A stretch of DNA of 64,000 nucleotides from Planctomycetota bacterium (GTDB lineage Bacteria; Planctomycetota; UBA1135; UBA2386), in contig OZ245838.1 in assembly GCA_965228735.1 (NCBI GenBank), positions 1,216,001 through 1,280,000 of the forward strand, given 5' to 3'. The translations under genes and the position numbers were made by a program. The first letter of the stretch is position 1. Every line of letters starts with the position of its first letter. The notes beneath the pieces are model-generated. The model did not search any database, was not told the origin of the DNA, and saw only the letters and a program-made list of their open reading frames with translations. Positions 38,116 to 46,142 of this stretch are shown piece by piece.

Positions 38116-38646
38116 TCAGCTGCGGCGATAGCCGAGCTCGCGCACGACCATCAGCACCTCGCTCCAGCTCGGGAACGGACGGCCGTGCTTCTGCTTGAAG
38201 TCGTCGATCGCCGCGATGAACTCGAGCACATCGGCGTCGACCTCGGCGAGTGCCGGCGCGCTGCGGTCGGTCGTCGGCGCCTTCTTGCCGTTGGTCTTCG
38301 GGCCGCCGCTCTTGGGGCTGGCAGCGGCCTTGCCGGCCTTGCGCGGGCCGGCGGGCTTCTTCGCGGGCGCCTTCGGCGGCGACGACTTCCGCGCGGTCGC
38401 CTTGCCGTTCCGGCTCGCCGGCTTGCTCGCGGACTTCTTCGCGACGGTCTTCTTGGCGGGCGACTTCCTGGCCGCCGCCTTCTTCGGGGCCGCCTTCGAG
38501 CCGGCCTTGCGGGTCGACTTCTTCGCGGCCTTCACGGGCGTCTTCGGGCGGGCACTGCGCGAGCGCAGACTGGTCGACTTCTTGGTCTTCGCCGCGCGGG
38601 CGGATCTCGACCTCGTCTTGGACTTGGACGTCGTGGCGCTGGCCAT
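38116..38646 (-). CDS. Lys/Ala/Ser/Pro-rich histone-H1-like protein with a small conserved C-terminal domain
   Basis: [15 protein letters not shown]...[18 protein letters not shown]...; C-terminal [42 protein letters not shown]. Confidence 0.8.
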   Translation of the reverse strand: MASATTSKSKTRSRSARAAKTKKSTSLRSRSARPKTPVKAAKKSTRKAGSKAAPKKAAARKSPAKKTVAKKSASKPASRNGKATARKSSPPKAPAKKPAGPRKAGKAAASPKSGGPKTNGKKAPTTDRSAPALAEVDADVLEFIAAIDDFKQKHGRPFPSWSEVLMVVRELGYRRS

Positions 38647-38653
38647 GCCGGCC

Positions 38654-39700
38654 CTATCGGCCGTTCTCGAACATTCCCTTGATCGCGGGGCCGAAGGGCG
38701 GGCGCAGCACCCCGACATCGGTCACGAGCGCGGCGATGAGCGCGGCGGGCGTGCGGTCGAACGCGGGGTTCCTGGCCCCGATCCCGGGCGGCGCGATGGG
38801 GCGGTTCCCGATGCCCGTGACCTCGATGGCATCGCGCTCTTCGATCGGGATCACCGCGCCGTCCGGCAGCGCGAGATCGAACGTCGAACGTGGCGCCGCG
38901 ACGTAGAACGGGACCTCGTGCGCGTTCGCCGCGAGGGCCAGCCCGTAGGTGCCGACCTTGTTGGCGACGTCGCCGTTGGCGGCAATCCGATCGGCCCCGG
39001 TGATCACCATCTGGACCTCGCCCCGACCGATCAGACCCGCCGCCGCGCTGTCGCAGATCACCTCGACGGGGATGCCCGCGCGGTGCAGTTCGAGCGCCGT
39101 GAGGCGGGCGCCCTGCAGCAGCGGGCGCGTCTCGTCCGCCAGCACCGTGAAGCGCTTGCCAGCGCGCCAGGCGGCGTAGAGCACCGCGAGCGCCGTGCCG
39201 TCGCCGGCCGTCGCGAGGCGACCCGCGTTGCAGTGCGTGAGGACCGTGCCGCCGTCGGGCACGAGTTCGCTCCCGAACCGACCCATCGCGTCGCAGGCGT
39301 CGCGGTCCTCCTGATGGATCGCGCGCGCCTCGTCGAGCAGCGCGTCGAGGGTCGGCTCGGTCGCCGCGCGCGCGGCACAGCGATCGAGTGCCCAGCGCAG
39401 ATTGACGGCCGTCGGGCGCGCCAGCGCGAGCCGTTCGACCTGCTCCGCGAGCCCGGCCGTGAATGCAACGCCGCTGGCGAGTCGCTCGCGGACCGCGAGC
39501 ACGAGGCCGTAGGCCGCCGCGACGCCGATCGCGGGCGCGCCGCGCACCGCGAGCCGCTGGATGGCGTCGATCACGGCCGTGCTCGCGGTGAGCTCGAGCA
39601 CCTCGACCGTGGCCGGCAACAGCGTCTGATCGAGCAGCCACAGCGCCCCCGTCGCGGAGTCGCCGCGCCACTGCACGGTCTCGGGCAAGCTCCCCGTCAT
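38654..39700 (-). CDS. mtnA: S-methyl-5-thioribose-1-phosphate isomerase
   Basis: [62 protein letters not shown] and NPAFD motifs. Confidence 0.96.
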   Translation of the reverse strand: MTGSLPETVQWRGDSATGALWLLDQTLLPATVEVLELTASTAVIDAIQRLAVRGAPAIGVAAAYGLVLAVRERLASGVAFTAGLAEQVERLALARPTAVNLRWALDRCAARAATEPTLDALLDEARAIHQEDRDACDAMGRFGSELVPDGGTVLTHCNAGRLATAGDGTALAVLYAAWRAGKRFTVLADETRPLLQGARLTALELHRAGIPVEVICDSAAAGLIGRGEVQMVITGADRIAANGDVANKVGTYGLALAANAHEVPFYVAAPRSTFDLALPDGAVIPIEERDAIEVTGIGNRPIAPPGIGARNPAFDRTPAALIAALVTDVGVLRPPFGPAIKGMFENGR

Positions 39701-39730
39701 CGGATCCACTGGGTCATCGAATCCACCGGG

Positions 39731-40609
39731 TCATCGGGTCAGCCGGGCCTGGATCTCGGCGTAGGTCGCGGCGGTCTGCTCGACGATCGCGGCCGGCAGC
39801 TCGGGCGGTGGGGGCGTCTTGTCCCAGTCGGTCGACTGCAGCCAGTTGCGCAGCAGCTGCTTGTCGTAGGACGTCGGTTTGCCGCCGGGCACGACCTCGT
39901 CGGCGGGCCAGAAGCGGCTCGAGTCCGGCGTCAGGCACTCGTCGATGAGCACGAGCTCGCCGTCCGCGAGGCCGAACTCGAACTTGGTGTCGGCGATCAC
40001 GATGCCGCGCTCGCGCGCGAACTCGCGGCCCTTGCGGTAGAGCTCGAGCGCCTTTTGCCGCGCCAGCTCGGCGATCTCGGCCCCGACGAGCTCGACGACG
40101 CGCTCGAACGCGATCGGCTCGTCGTGGCCGCTCTCGGCCTTGGTCGACGGCGTCAGGATCGGCGGGTCGAGCTCGCTCGCGTGCTGCAGCCCCGCCGGCA
40201 GGGTGATCCCGCTGACCGCGCCGTCCCGCTGGTAGTCGGTCCAGCCGGAGCCCGTGAGGTAGCCGCGCACGACCCACTCGACGGGCAACGGCTCGCATTT
40301 GCGGCAGCGCATCGTCCGCCCGCGCAGCGCGTCCTTGAACTCCGCGGGCACGTCGTCCCAGTCGTCGACGTCGGTCGAGAGCATGTGGTTGGGCACGACG
40401 TCACGCAGCTTGTCGAACCAGAACCGCGACGTCTGGGTCAGCACCTCGCCCTTGCCGGGGATGCCCTGGTTCATGACGACGTCGAACGCCGAGACGCGGT
40501 CGCTCGTCACGAGCAGCAGGTCGCCGCCGAGTTCGAACACCTCCCGCACCTTGCCGCGCCCGAGCCGCGTCGCGAAGGGCAGGTCGACGGACATCACGCT
40601 CGCTTGCAC
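39731..40609 (-). CDS. purC: SAICAR synthase
   Basis: GKVRE, SDRVSAFDVV, EWVVRGYLTGSG, TPSTKA, DTKFEFG, DECLTPDSSRFW and DKQ motifs. Start is GTG 40609 (CATAAT 6 nt upstream) or ATG 40594. Confidence 0.97.
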   Translation of the reverse strand: MQASVMSVDLPFATRLGRGKVREVFELGGDLLLVTSDRVSAFDVVMNQGIPGKGEVLTQTSRFWFDKLRDVVPNHMLSTDVDDWDDVPAEFKDALRGRTMRCRKCEPLPVEWVVRGYLTGSGWTDYQRDGAVSGITLPAGLQHASELDPPILTPSTKAESGHDEPIAFERVVELVGAEIAELARQKALELYRKGREFARERGIVIADTKFEFGLADGELVLIDECLTPDSSRFWPADEVVPGGKPTSYDKQLLRNWLQSTDWDKTPPPPELPAAIVEQTAATYAEIQARLTR

Positions 40610-40669
40610 GGCCGCATTATGCCGCACCGACCCCGTTGAATCAGCGGCGACTCGCGACAGACTGTCGAC

Positions 40670-41932
40670 GTGCAAAAGCGCATCATCCCGAACCCCGCCG
40701 GCGTGCCGGCCGATCTCGCCAAGCCGAAGCTCCCGGGCAGCAAGAGCCACGCCCAGCGCGCGATGCTGCTTGCGTCGTGCCTGCCGGGAACGTGCAAGTT
40801 CTCGGGCGTGCCGGTCAGCGACGATCTCGCGATCCTGCTGCGGGCGCTCGCGGCCCGCGGCGTGCGCGTGCTCGGCGAGGGCAAGGGTCAATGGACCGTG
40901 CACGGCGCGGCCCCGTCGGCGGGCAAGGCGATCCGCATCGACGCGGGCGAGAACGCGACCGTCGCACGCATGACGCTGTCGATGCTGCCGCTGCTCGGCT
41001 GCTCGGTGACGATCGACGGCCATCCGCGCCTGCGGCGCCGCCCGATGGGGGCGGTCACGGCGATGCTGCGGGACGCCGGGGTCTCGTGCGATCAGGACAC
41101 GCTGCCGATCCACGCCGACGGCCGCGGCTTCAAGGCGCCCGAGATCGTGCGCGTCGACGCCTCGTCGACGACGCAGCCTGCAAGCGGCGCGATGCTCGCC
41201 GTCGCGCTCGGCGGGGGCGGCCACGTCGAGATCGCCCGCCCGGGCGCGACCGGCTACCTCGACCTCACGGCGCAGATCCTGCGCTCGTTCGGCGCGCGCG
41301 TCGAACGCGAAGAACACCCGTGGGGGCTGCAGTTCGAGCTCTCGCCGCCGGCCGGGGGCGACCGCCAGTTCGCCGTGCCGCCCGACCCGTCGGCCCGCGC
41401 GTTCGTCGCTGTGCTCGCGGCGCTGCACGGCACGGCATTGCCGGCCGGCCTCGAGCACCGCGCGGACGACGCCCACCCCGACTGGGCCATCGACGGCGAC
41501 ATCGCGACGATGACGAGCGCCGGGCCCGAGGACGAGGTCCTGCTCGAAGGCATGGAAGCCAGGCCCGACAGCGTGCCCGCGCTCGCGATCCTCGCGTCGC
41601 GTCGGCCCGGCGCCACGGTGTTCCGCGGCGTCGCCAATCTGCGGACCAAGGAGAGCGACCGGCTCGCGGCGCTCGCGCGCGGCCTCGGCACGCTCGGCGT
41701 CGAGACCCAGGTGCGCGCCGATGAACTGATCGTGCGCGGCCCGCTGCCGATGGACGGCGCGATGGTGCAGGTGCCGACCGTGGCCGACCACCGCATCGTC
41801 ATGGCGCTGGCGCTGCTCGGAACGATCCTGCCGGGCGGCATCGAGGTCGAGAACCCCGAGGCCGTGGCCAAGAGCTGGCCGGCCTACTGGGACTGGCTCG
41901 GCCAGTGCGCCACGGTCACGACGGTCGAGTAG
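40670..41932 (+). CDS. aroA: 3-phosphoshikimate 1-carboxyvinyltransferase (EPSP synthase), divergent
   Basis: LPGSKSHAQR, LRRRPM, NLRTKESDRL, DHRIVMA and VAKSWP motifs. Confidence 0.9.
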   Translation: MQKRIIPNPAGVPADLAKPKLPGSKSHAQRAMLLASCLPGTCKFSGVPVSDDLAILLRALAARGVRVLGEGKGQWTVHGAAPSAGKAIRIDAGENATVARMTLSMLPLLGCSVTIDGHPRLRRRPMGAVTAMLRDAGVSCDQDTLPIHADGRGFKAPEIVRVDASSTTQPASGAMLAVALGGGGHVEIARPGATGYLDLTAQILRSFGARVEREEHPWGLQFELSPPAGGDRQFAVPPDPSARAFVAVLAALHGTALPAGLEHRADDAHPDWAIDGDIATMTSAGPEDEVLLEGMEARPDSVPALAILASRRPGATVFRGVANLRTKESDRLAALARGLGTLGVETQVRADELIVRGPLPMDGAMVQVPTVADHRIVMALALLGTILPGGIEVENPEAVAKSWPAYWDWLGQCATVTTVE

Positions 41933-43391
41933 GGGAAGAGTCGAAGAGCCATTCCTCGATACTGGTGAGATCGCTCTCGTCACTGACGACGAACAGCACG
42001 TCGCCGGCTTCGATCACGGTCGATCCGCGGGCGGCCAACGGTTCGCCAACCCGCAGGATCAGGACGACGGCGACCGACTCCGGCAGCCGGAGTTCTCGAA
42101 GCGCGGTGCCGCACGCCTTGGACGCGGGATCGACCGTGAACTCGTGGATCGATCGACCGGCGCGTTCCGCAAGCTGCAGCTCGAGTGTGCCGGAGCGCGC
42201 ACCGACACGGCGGCCGAGCCGGGACCGCAGCGCCGCGAACCGAATCGTCGCCCCCGGCACGATCGCGCTCACGACAACGACGAAGAAGACGATGTGAAAG
42301 ATGCGGTCGGCTCCTGGTAGCCCCTTCATCACCGGAAACGTTGCCAGGACGATGGGTACCGCTCCCCGCAAGCCGGTCCAGCTCACTAGCGCGATCTCGC
42401 GGGCCGGCCAACGGAACCAGCCGAGGCAGACGAACGTCGCGACGGGGCGGGCCACGAGCCCGAGCACGAGGCCGATCCCGATGCCGACCGCTGCTTCGGG
42501 CAGCAGACGGGACGGAAACACCAGCAGCCCGAGCATCAGGAACATCAACACCTGCGAGAGCCAGGCGATCGAGTCGTGCACGCGGCGCAGCCCATCCGCG
42601 AACGGCAGATGTCCGTTACCGAGCACGACCGCAGTCAGGAAGACCGCCAGGAACCCACTGCCGTAGACCAGGGTGCTGGCGCCGAACGCCGCGAGAGCAG
42701 CTGCGACGATCAACACCGGGTACATTCCCGTGGCGGTCAGTCGCACCGTGTTGATGAGGAATCGAAACAGGTAGCCGCATCCGAGACCGACGCCGGTGCC
42801 GATCACCAGCTGAAGGGGGATCTCGACGAACAGCCCGAGATCGAACGACCCGACGGCCAGTGCATCCGCCGCGGACAGCGTGAGGATCACGGCCATCGGA
42901 TCGTTCGCACAGGACTCGACCTCGATGGTGGACTGCAACTTGTCGTCGAGTCGGATGCCACTGCCGCGAAGAACACCGAAGACAGCAGCCGCATCCGTCG
43001 ACGAAACGATCGCGCCCACGAGAAGCGCGTCTCCCCACGGCAACCCGAAGAGCCGCGCGCCAACGGCGACGATCAACGCCGTCGCGGCAACCCCAACGGT
43101 CGCCAGCATGCCGGCCGGCGCCGCCGCAGAACGGACCGCAGACCAGCGCGTGTTCAGCCCGCCATCCAGGAGGATGAGGACGAGGGCGACGGTTCCGGCC
43201 CGGAACGCCAGATCGGACTTGTCGAACTCCAGGCCGCCGAGCCCCTCGGATCCCCCGAGCATTCCGACCACGAGGAACAGGAGCGGCGACGGCAGGCCCA
43301 CCCGATCGAGCCCGCGAGTTGCCAGGACACAGATCGTCAGGAGCACGCCGAACAACGCGATCATCGCGGCGGTCGACGACGGTTCGCTCAT
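41916..43391 (-). CDS. Potassium/proton antiporter (CvrA/NhaP2-like, CPA1) with C-terminal RCK_C/TrkA-C domain
   Basis: GMLGGSEGLGG, SSTDAAAVF, ESCANDPMA, GSGFLAVF and GLRGAVPIVLATFP motifs; C-terminal ELRLP...GSTVIEAGDVL. Confidence 0.92.
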   Translation of the reverse strand: MSEPSSTAAMIALFGVLLTICVLATRGLDRVGLPSPLLFLVVGMLGGSEGLGGLEFDKSDLAFRAGTVALVLILLDGGLNTRWSAVRSAAAPAGMLATVGVAATALIVAVGARLFGLPWGDALLVGAIVSSTDAAAVFGVLRGSGIRLDDKLQSTIEVESCANDPMAVILTLSAADALAVGSFDLGLFVEIPLQLVIGTGVGLGCGYLFRFLINTVRLTATGMYPVLIVAAALAAFGASTLVYGSGFLAVFLTAVVLGNGHLPFADGLRRVHDSIAWLSQVLMFLMLGLLVFPSRLLPEAAVGIGIGLVLGLVARPVATFVCLGWFRWPAREIALVSWTGLRGAVPIVLATFPVMKGLPGADRIFHIVFFVVVVSAIVPGATIRFAALRSRLGRRVGARSGTLELQLAERAGRSIHEFTVDPASKACGTALRELRLPESVAVVLILRVGEPLAARGSTVIEAGDVLFVVSDESDLTSIEEWLFDSSPTRPS

Positions 43392-43473
43392 TGCGATGCG
43401 ATCCAGCCCTCTCCTGGCGTCATCGGGAACGTGGCGGCCCCTGAAGATTCGAGCCGCGACACGGAATGCGGAA

Positions 43474-44709
43474 TCACACGTCCTTCTGGCGCACGCCGAC
43501 GACGAAGTTCAGCTCGATCTGCCCGTTGCTGCGCGACTCCTCGAAGTCGTCGACGATCATGATCGTCTTGTACTCACGGTCGATCGCGCCGGTCCAGACC
43601 TCGTTGGTGCCGGAGATCGTGATCGTCAGCTTGCCGTCGGGCAGGACGTTGTAGGTGCCCTGGTAGGTGAAGTCGATGCCGCCGCTGCCGGTCGCATCGA
43701 GGCGGAATGCGCCGGGCGACGCCCCCGAGGACGTGCCGAGCGTGAGCAGGCCGACGAACGAGTCCGAGCCCGGATTGGTCGGATCGACGAACGTCGTGTA
43801 GCCGCCGATGTAGAACGTGCCGTCGACCTCGTCCGGGTCGGCTGGCAGGCTCGGCGTGCTCGTGATGTCGAACTTGCGGATCATCATCGCGAGCCCGGCC
43901 TCGCCGTCGCCTTCCTCCTCGTCGAGCGCGAGCACGATGTCCGGGCTCGCCGCGCCGAGGAACGTGCGCGAATCGGTCGGCTGGTTGAGCAGCGTGTAGT
44001 CGAGGGTCAGGTTGCACGAGCCGTCGAACGTGCCCGACTGCTCGATGGCCTGGATCGTGCCGCCGAAGTCGAGCGTGCTCGTGCCCTGTTGGCCGTCCCC
44101 GTCGATCGCGCCCTGCGCGCCGCCCGCGCCGCCCGTGACGGTCAGCGAACCGAACGCCGCGCGCGCGACGCTCGTCGGCGACGACAACGTGCGATCGAAC
44201 ATCACGTGGATCGACCCGAGGTGCCACCCGTCGAGGTCGAAGTTCGGCGTGCCGCCGAACACGCGCGTGCCGACGAACAGCCCGATCGACGGCGAGTTGG
44301 TCGTCGTCACCCGGTCGGTGAAGAACACGTCGGCGATGCCCGGCGTCGCCCCCGTCAGCGTGTAGCCGCCGAGGAAGACGACCGACGGATCGCGCCCGAC
44401 ACCCGGCACGAGCACCGTGAGCTCGCCGGCCTCGGTCAGCGCGTAGGAGCCGTCGCCCTCGCCGCCCGTCGCCTGCGTGATGCGGTACGAGCTGTCGTCC
44501 GACATCGTGAACGTGCCGCGCGTGCTCACGACGTTGGCAGGGTCGATCGGCACCTCGACGAAGCCGGCGAGCGACCGCAGGCCGAACAGGTGGTGGGTCG
44601 CGGTGATCTGGACCTCGCTCTGCGGCGTGTCGTCGGAGCCGCCGCGCGCGCAGCCGAACGAGAGACCGACGAGCGGTAGTGCCGCGACCGAGAGCAGGAG
44701 TCTGTGCAT
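43474..44709 (-). CDS. Beta-rich lipoprotein with about three internal repeats
   Basis: MHRLLLSVAALPLVGLSFG-C lipobox; repeated GTFT/GSLT/GLLT...G.Y....G.LT units. Confidence 0.75.
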   Translation of the reverse strand: MHRLLLSVAALPLVGLSFGCARGGSDDTPQSEVQITATHHLFGLRSLAGFVEVPIDPANVVSTRGTFTMSDDSSYRITQATGGEGDGSYALTEAGELTVLVPGVGRDPSVVFLGGYTLTGATPGIADVFFTDRVTTTNSPSIGLFVGTRVFGGTPNFDLDGWHLGSIHVMFDRTLSSPTSVARAAFGSLTVTGGAGGAQGAIDGDGQQGTSTLDFGGTIQAIEQSGTFDGSCNLTLDYTLLNQPTDSRTFLGAASPDIVLALDEEEGDGEAGLAMMIRKFDITSTPSLPADPDEVDGTFYIGGYTTFVDPTNPGSDSFVGLLTLGTSSGASPGAFRLDATGSGGIDFTYQGTYNVLPDGKLTITISGTNEVWTGAIDREYKTIMIVDDFEESRSNGQIELNFVVGVRQKDV

Positions 44710-44893
44710 GCTGGGGGAGTTCAAGGCGAAGGAGTCTAACAGTCGCGATAGCCGCGCGCCGCATACTGGCAACCGCCGATGCCACCGGCGGACCGCAACC
44801 GGAACGCAGCCCGGCGATCCGCGCATTCGCGCGCGCAACGGGCATTCGACCCGGACTTGCAATCGCGGCAAGGACTCGGCGTAGTGTCCGGCC

Positions 44894-45937
44894 ATGGCGC
44901 GAGCGGTCGGACGGTTGGGCAGGACAGCGCGCGCGGCAGTCCTCGGCGCCGGTGCGGTGGTCGGCGTCATGGCCTGTACGATCGCCGGCTGCGTGAGCCA
45001 GCCGCGCTACTCGGGGCCGATGCCGGTGCGCAACCAACACCCGGCGCAGCTGACCGTCATGCACATGCCGCCCGCGAGCACGCAGACCCTGCCCGCGGGC
45101 CGCTTGACGACGCGCTTCGACGCGGCCTACTCGAGCCTGTTCCTCAGCGGCATCGGCCTCGCGCGCTCGTTCGCCATGGACGGCGAGTATCTGCGCTTCG
45201 GACCGACGCTGCGCACCGGCCTCGGCGGCGGCTTCGAACTCGGCGTCGAACTGCCGTTCGCGCACACGACTGGCGGGTTCCTCGACTCGTTCCTGATCCA
45301 GTATCACGACGTGTTCGCGCTGCCCGACCAGGACCGCGAGAGCGTCACGAACGACAACTTCCAGGTGACCGCCGTGCGCGACGGCAGCACGGTCTGGCAG
45401 GTCGAGAAGAGCGGCATCGAGCTGCTCGACGTGCCGATCTGGCTGACCTACGAGCTGCTCGAGCCCGAGAGCGGTCTCGGCCTCGCCGTGCGGACGGGCC
45501 TCGAGCTGCCGACCGGGGACGAAGAGACCGGCTATGGCAGCGGCGAGATCGACTGGTCGGTCGGCGTCCTGCTGGAACGTCACTTCGAGTCCGTGGCGCT
45601 CTACGGCCAGGCCCAGCACACGTTCGCCGGCACGCCGTCGATCGCGCGCCGCGGCGGCCTCGAGTTCCAGGACGTCACGAGCATCGCCCTCGGGATCGAG
45701 ATGCCGCTGCTGGAGAACCTGCACGCCTTCACGCAGGTCGAGTTCGAGACGTCGACGCTGCGCGACCTCGGCCTGCGCACGACCGAGCGGGAACAGGTCC
45801 TGATCTGGGCCGGCGGCCGTTACGGCTTCGGCGCCGAGCAGCGCTGCGCCATCGAGTTCGGCATCGGCGAGGACCTGCGCGGCTACGCCAGCCCGGACGT
45901 CACGGTGTGGCTCGGCTTCCGGGCCATGGGGCTCTGA
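44894..45937 (+). CDS. DUF3187-like outer-membrane beta-barrel protein
   Basis: PMPVRNQHP, GGFLDSFLIQYHDVFALP, ELPTGD...GSG and EDL...SPDVT motifs, with an amphipathic C-terminal strand (VWLGFR). Confidence 0.75.
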   Translation: MARAVGRLGRTARAAVLGAGAVVGVMACTIAGCVSQPRYSGPMPVRNQHPAQLTVMHMPPASTQTLPAGRLTTRFDAAYSSLFLSGIGLARSFAMDGEYLRFGPTLRTGLGGGFELGVELPFAHTTGGFLDSFLIQYHDVFALPDQDRESVTNDNFQVTAVRDGSTVWQVEKSGIELLDVPIWLTYELLEPESGLGLAVRTGLELPTGDEETGYGSGEIDWSVGVLLERHFESVALYGQAQHTFAGTPSIARRGGLEFQDVTSIALGIEMPLLENLHAFTQVEFETSTLRDLGLRTTEREQVLIWAGGRYGFGAEQRCAIEFGIGEDLRGYASPDVTVWLGFRAMGL

Positions 45938-45982
45938 GGCGCGCAACTCCGGCGTTCGCGGCCGCTGTGGCTCCCCCGTCGT

Positions 45983-46010
45983 GTTTTACATAACATATCT
46001 TATCGGAACC
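45983..46010 (-). other. dif: dif-like XerC/XerD recombination site
   Basis: The minus strand reads GGTTCCGATAA-GATATG-TTATGTAAAAC, compared with E. coli dif GGTGCGCATAA-TGTATA-TTATGTTAAAT. It has the 11-6-11 layout and is an AT-rich intergenic patch between convergent genes. Confidence 0.85.
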
Positions 46011-46142
46011 CGCGTCGGTCGAGCGCCGCAGCTCCGACAGACCCCGAAACGACCCCAGGATCGTTCCGCAAGAGTATGACCGACAGTCGGTTGCGGATGC
46101 TTTGCGAGCATCCACACGCAAGGCATCAGTCAGGAGCGCAGT

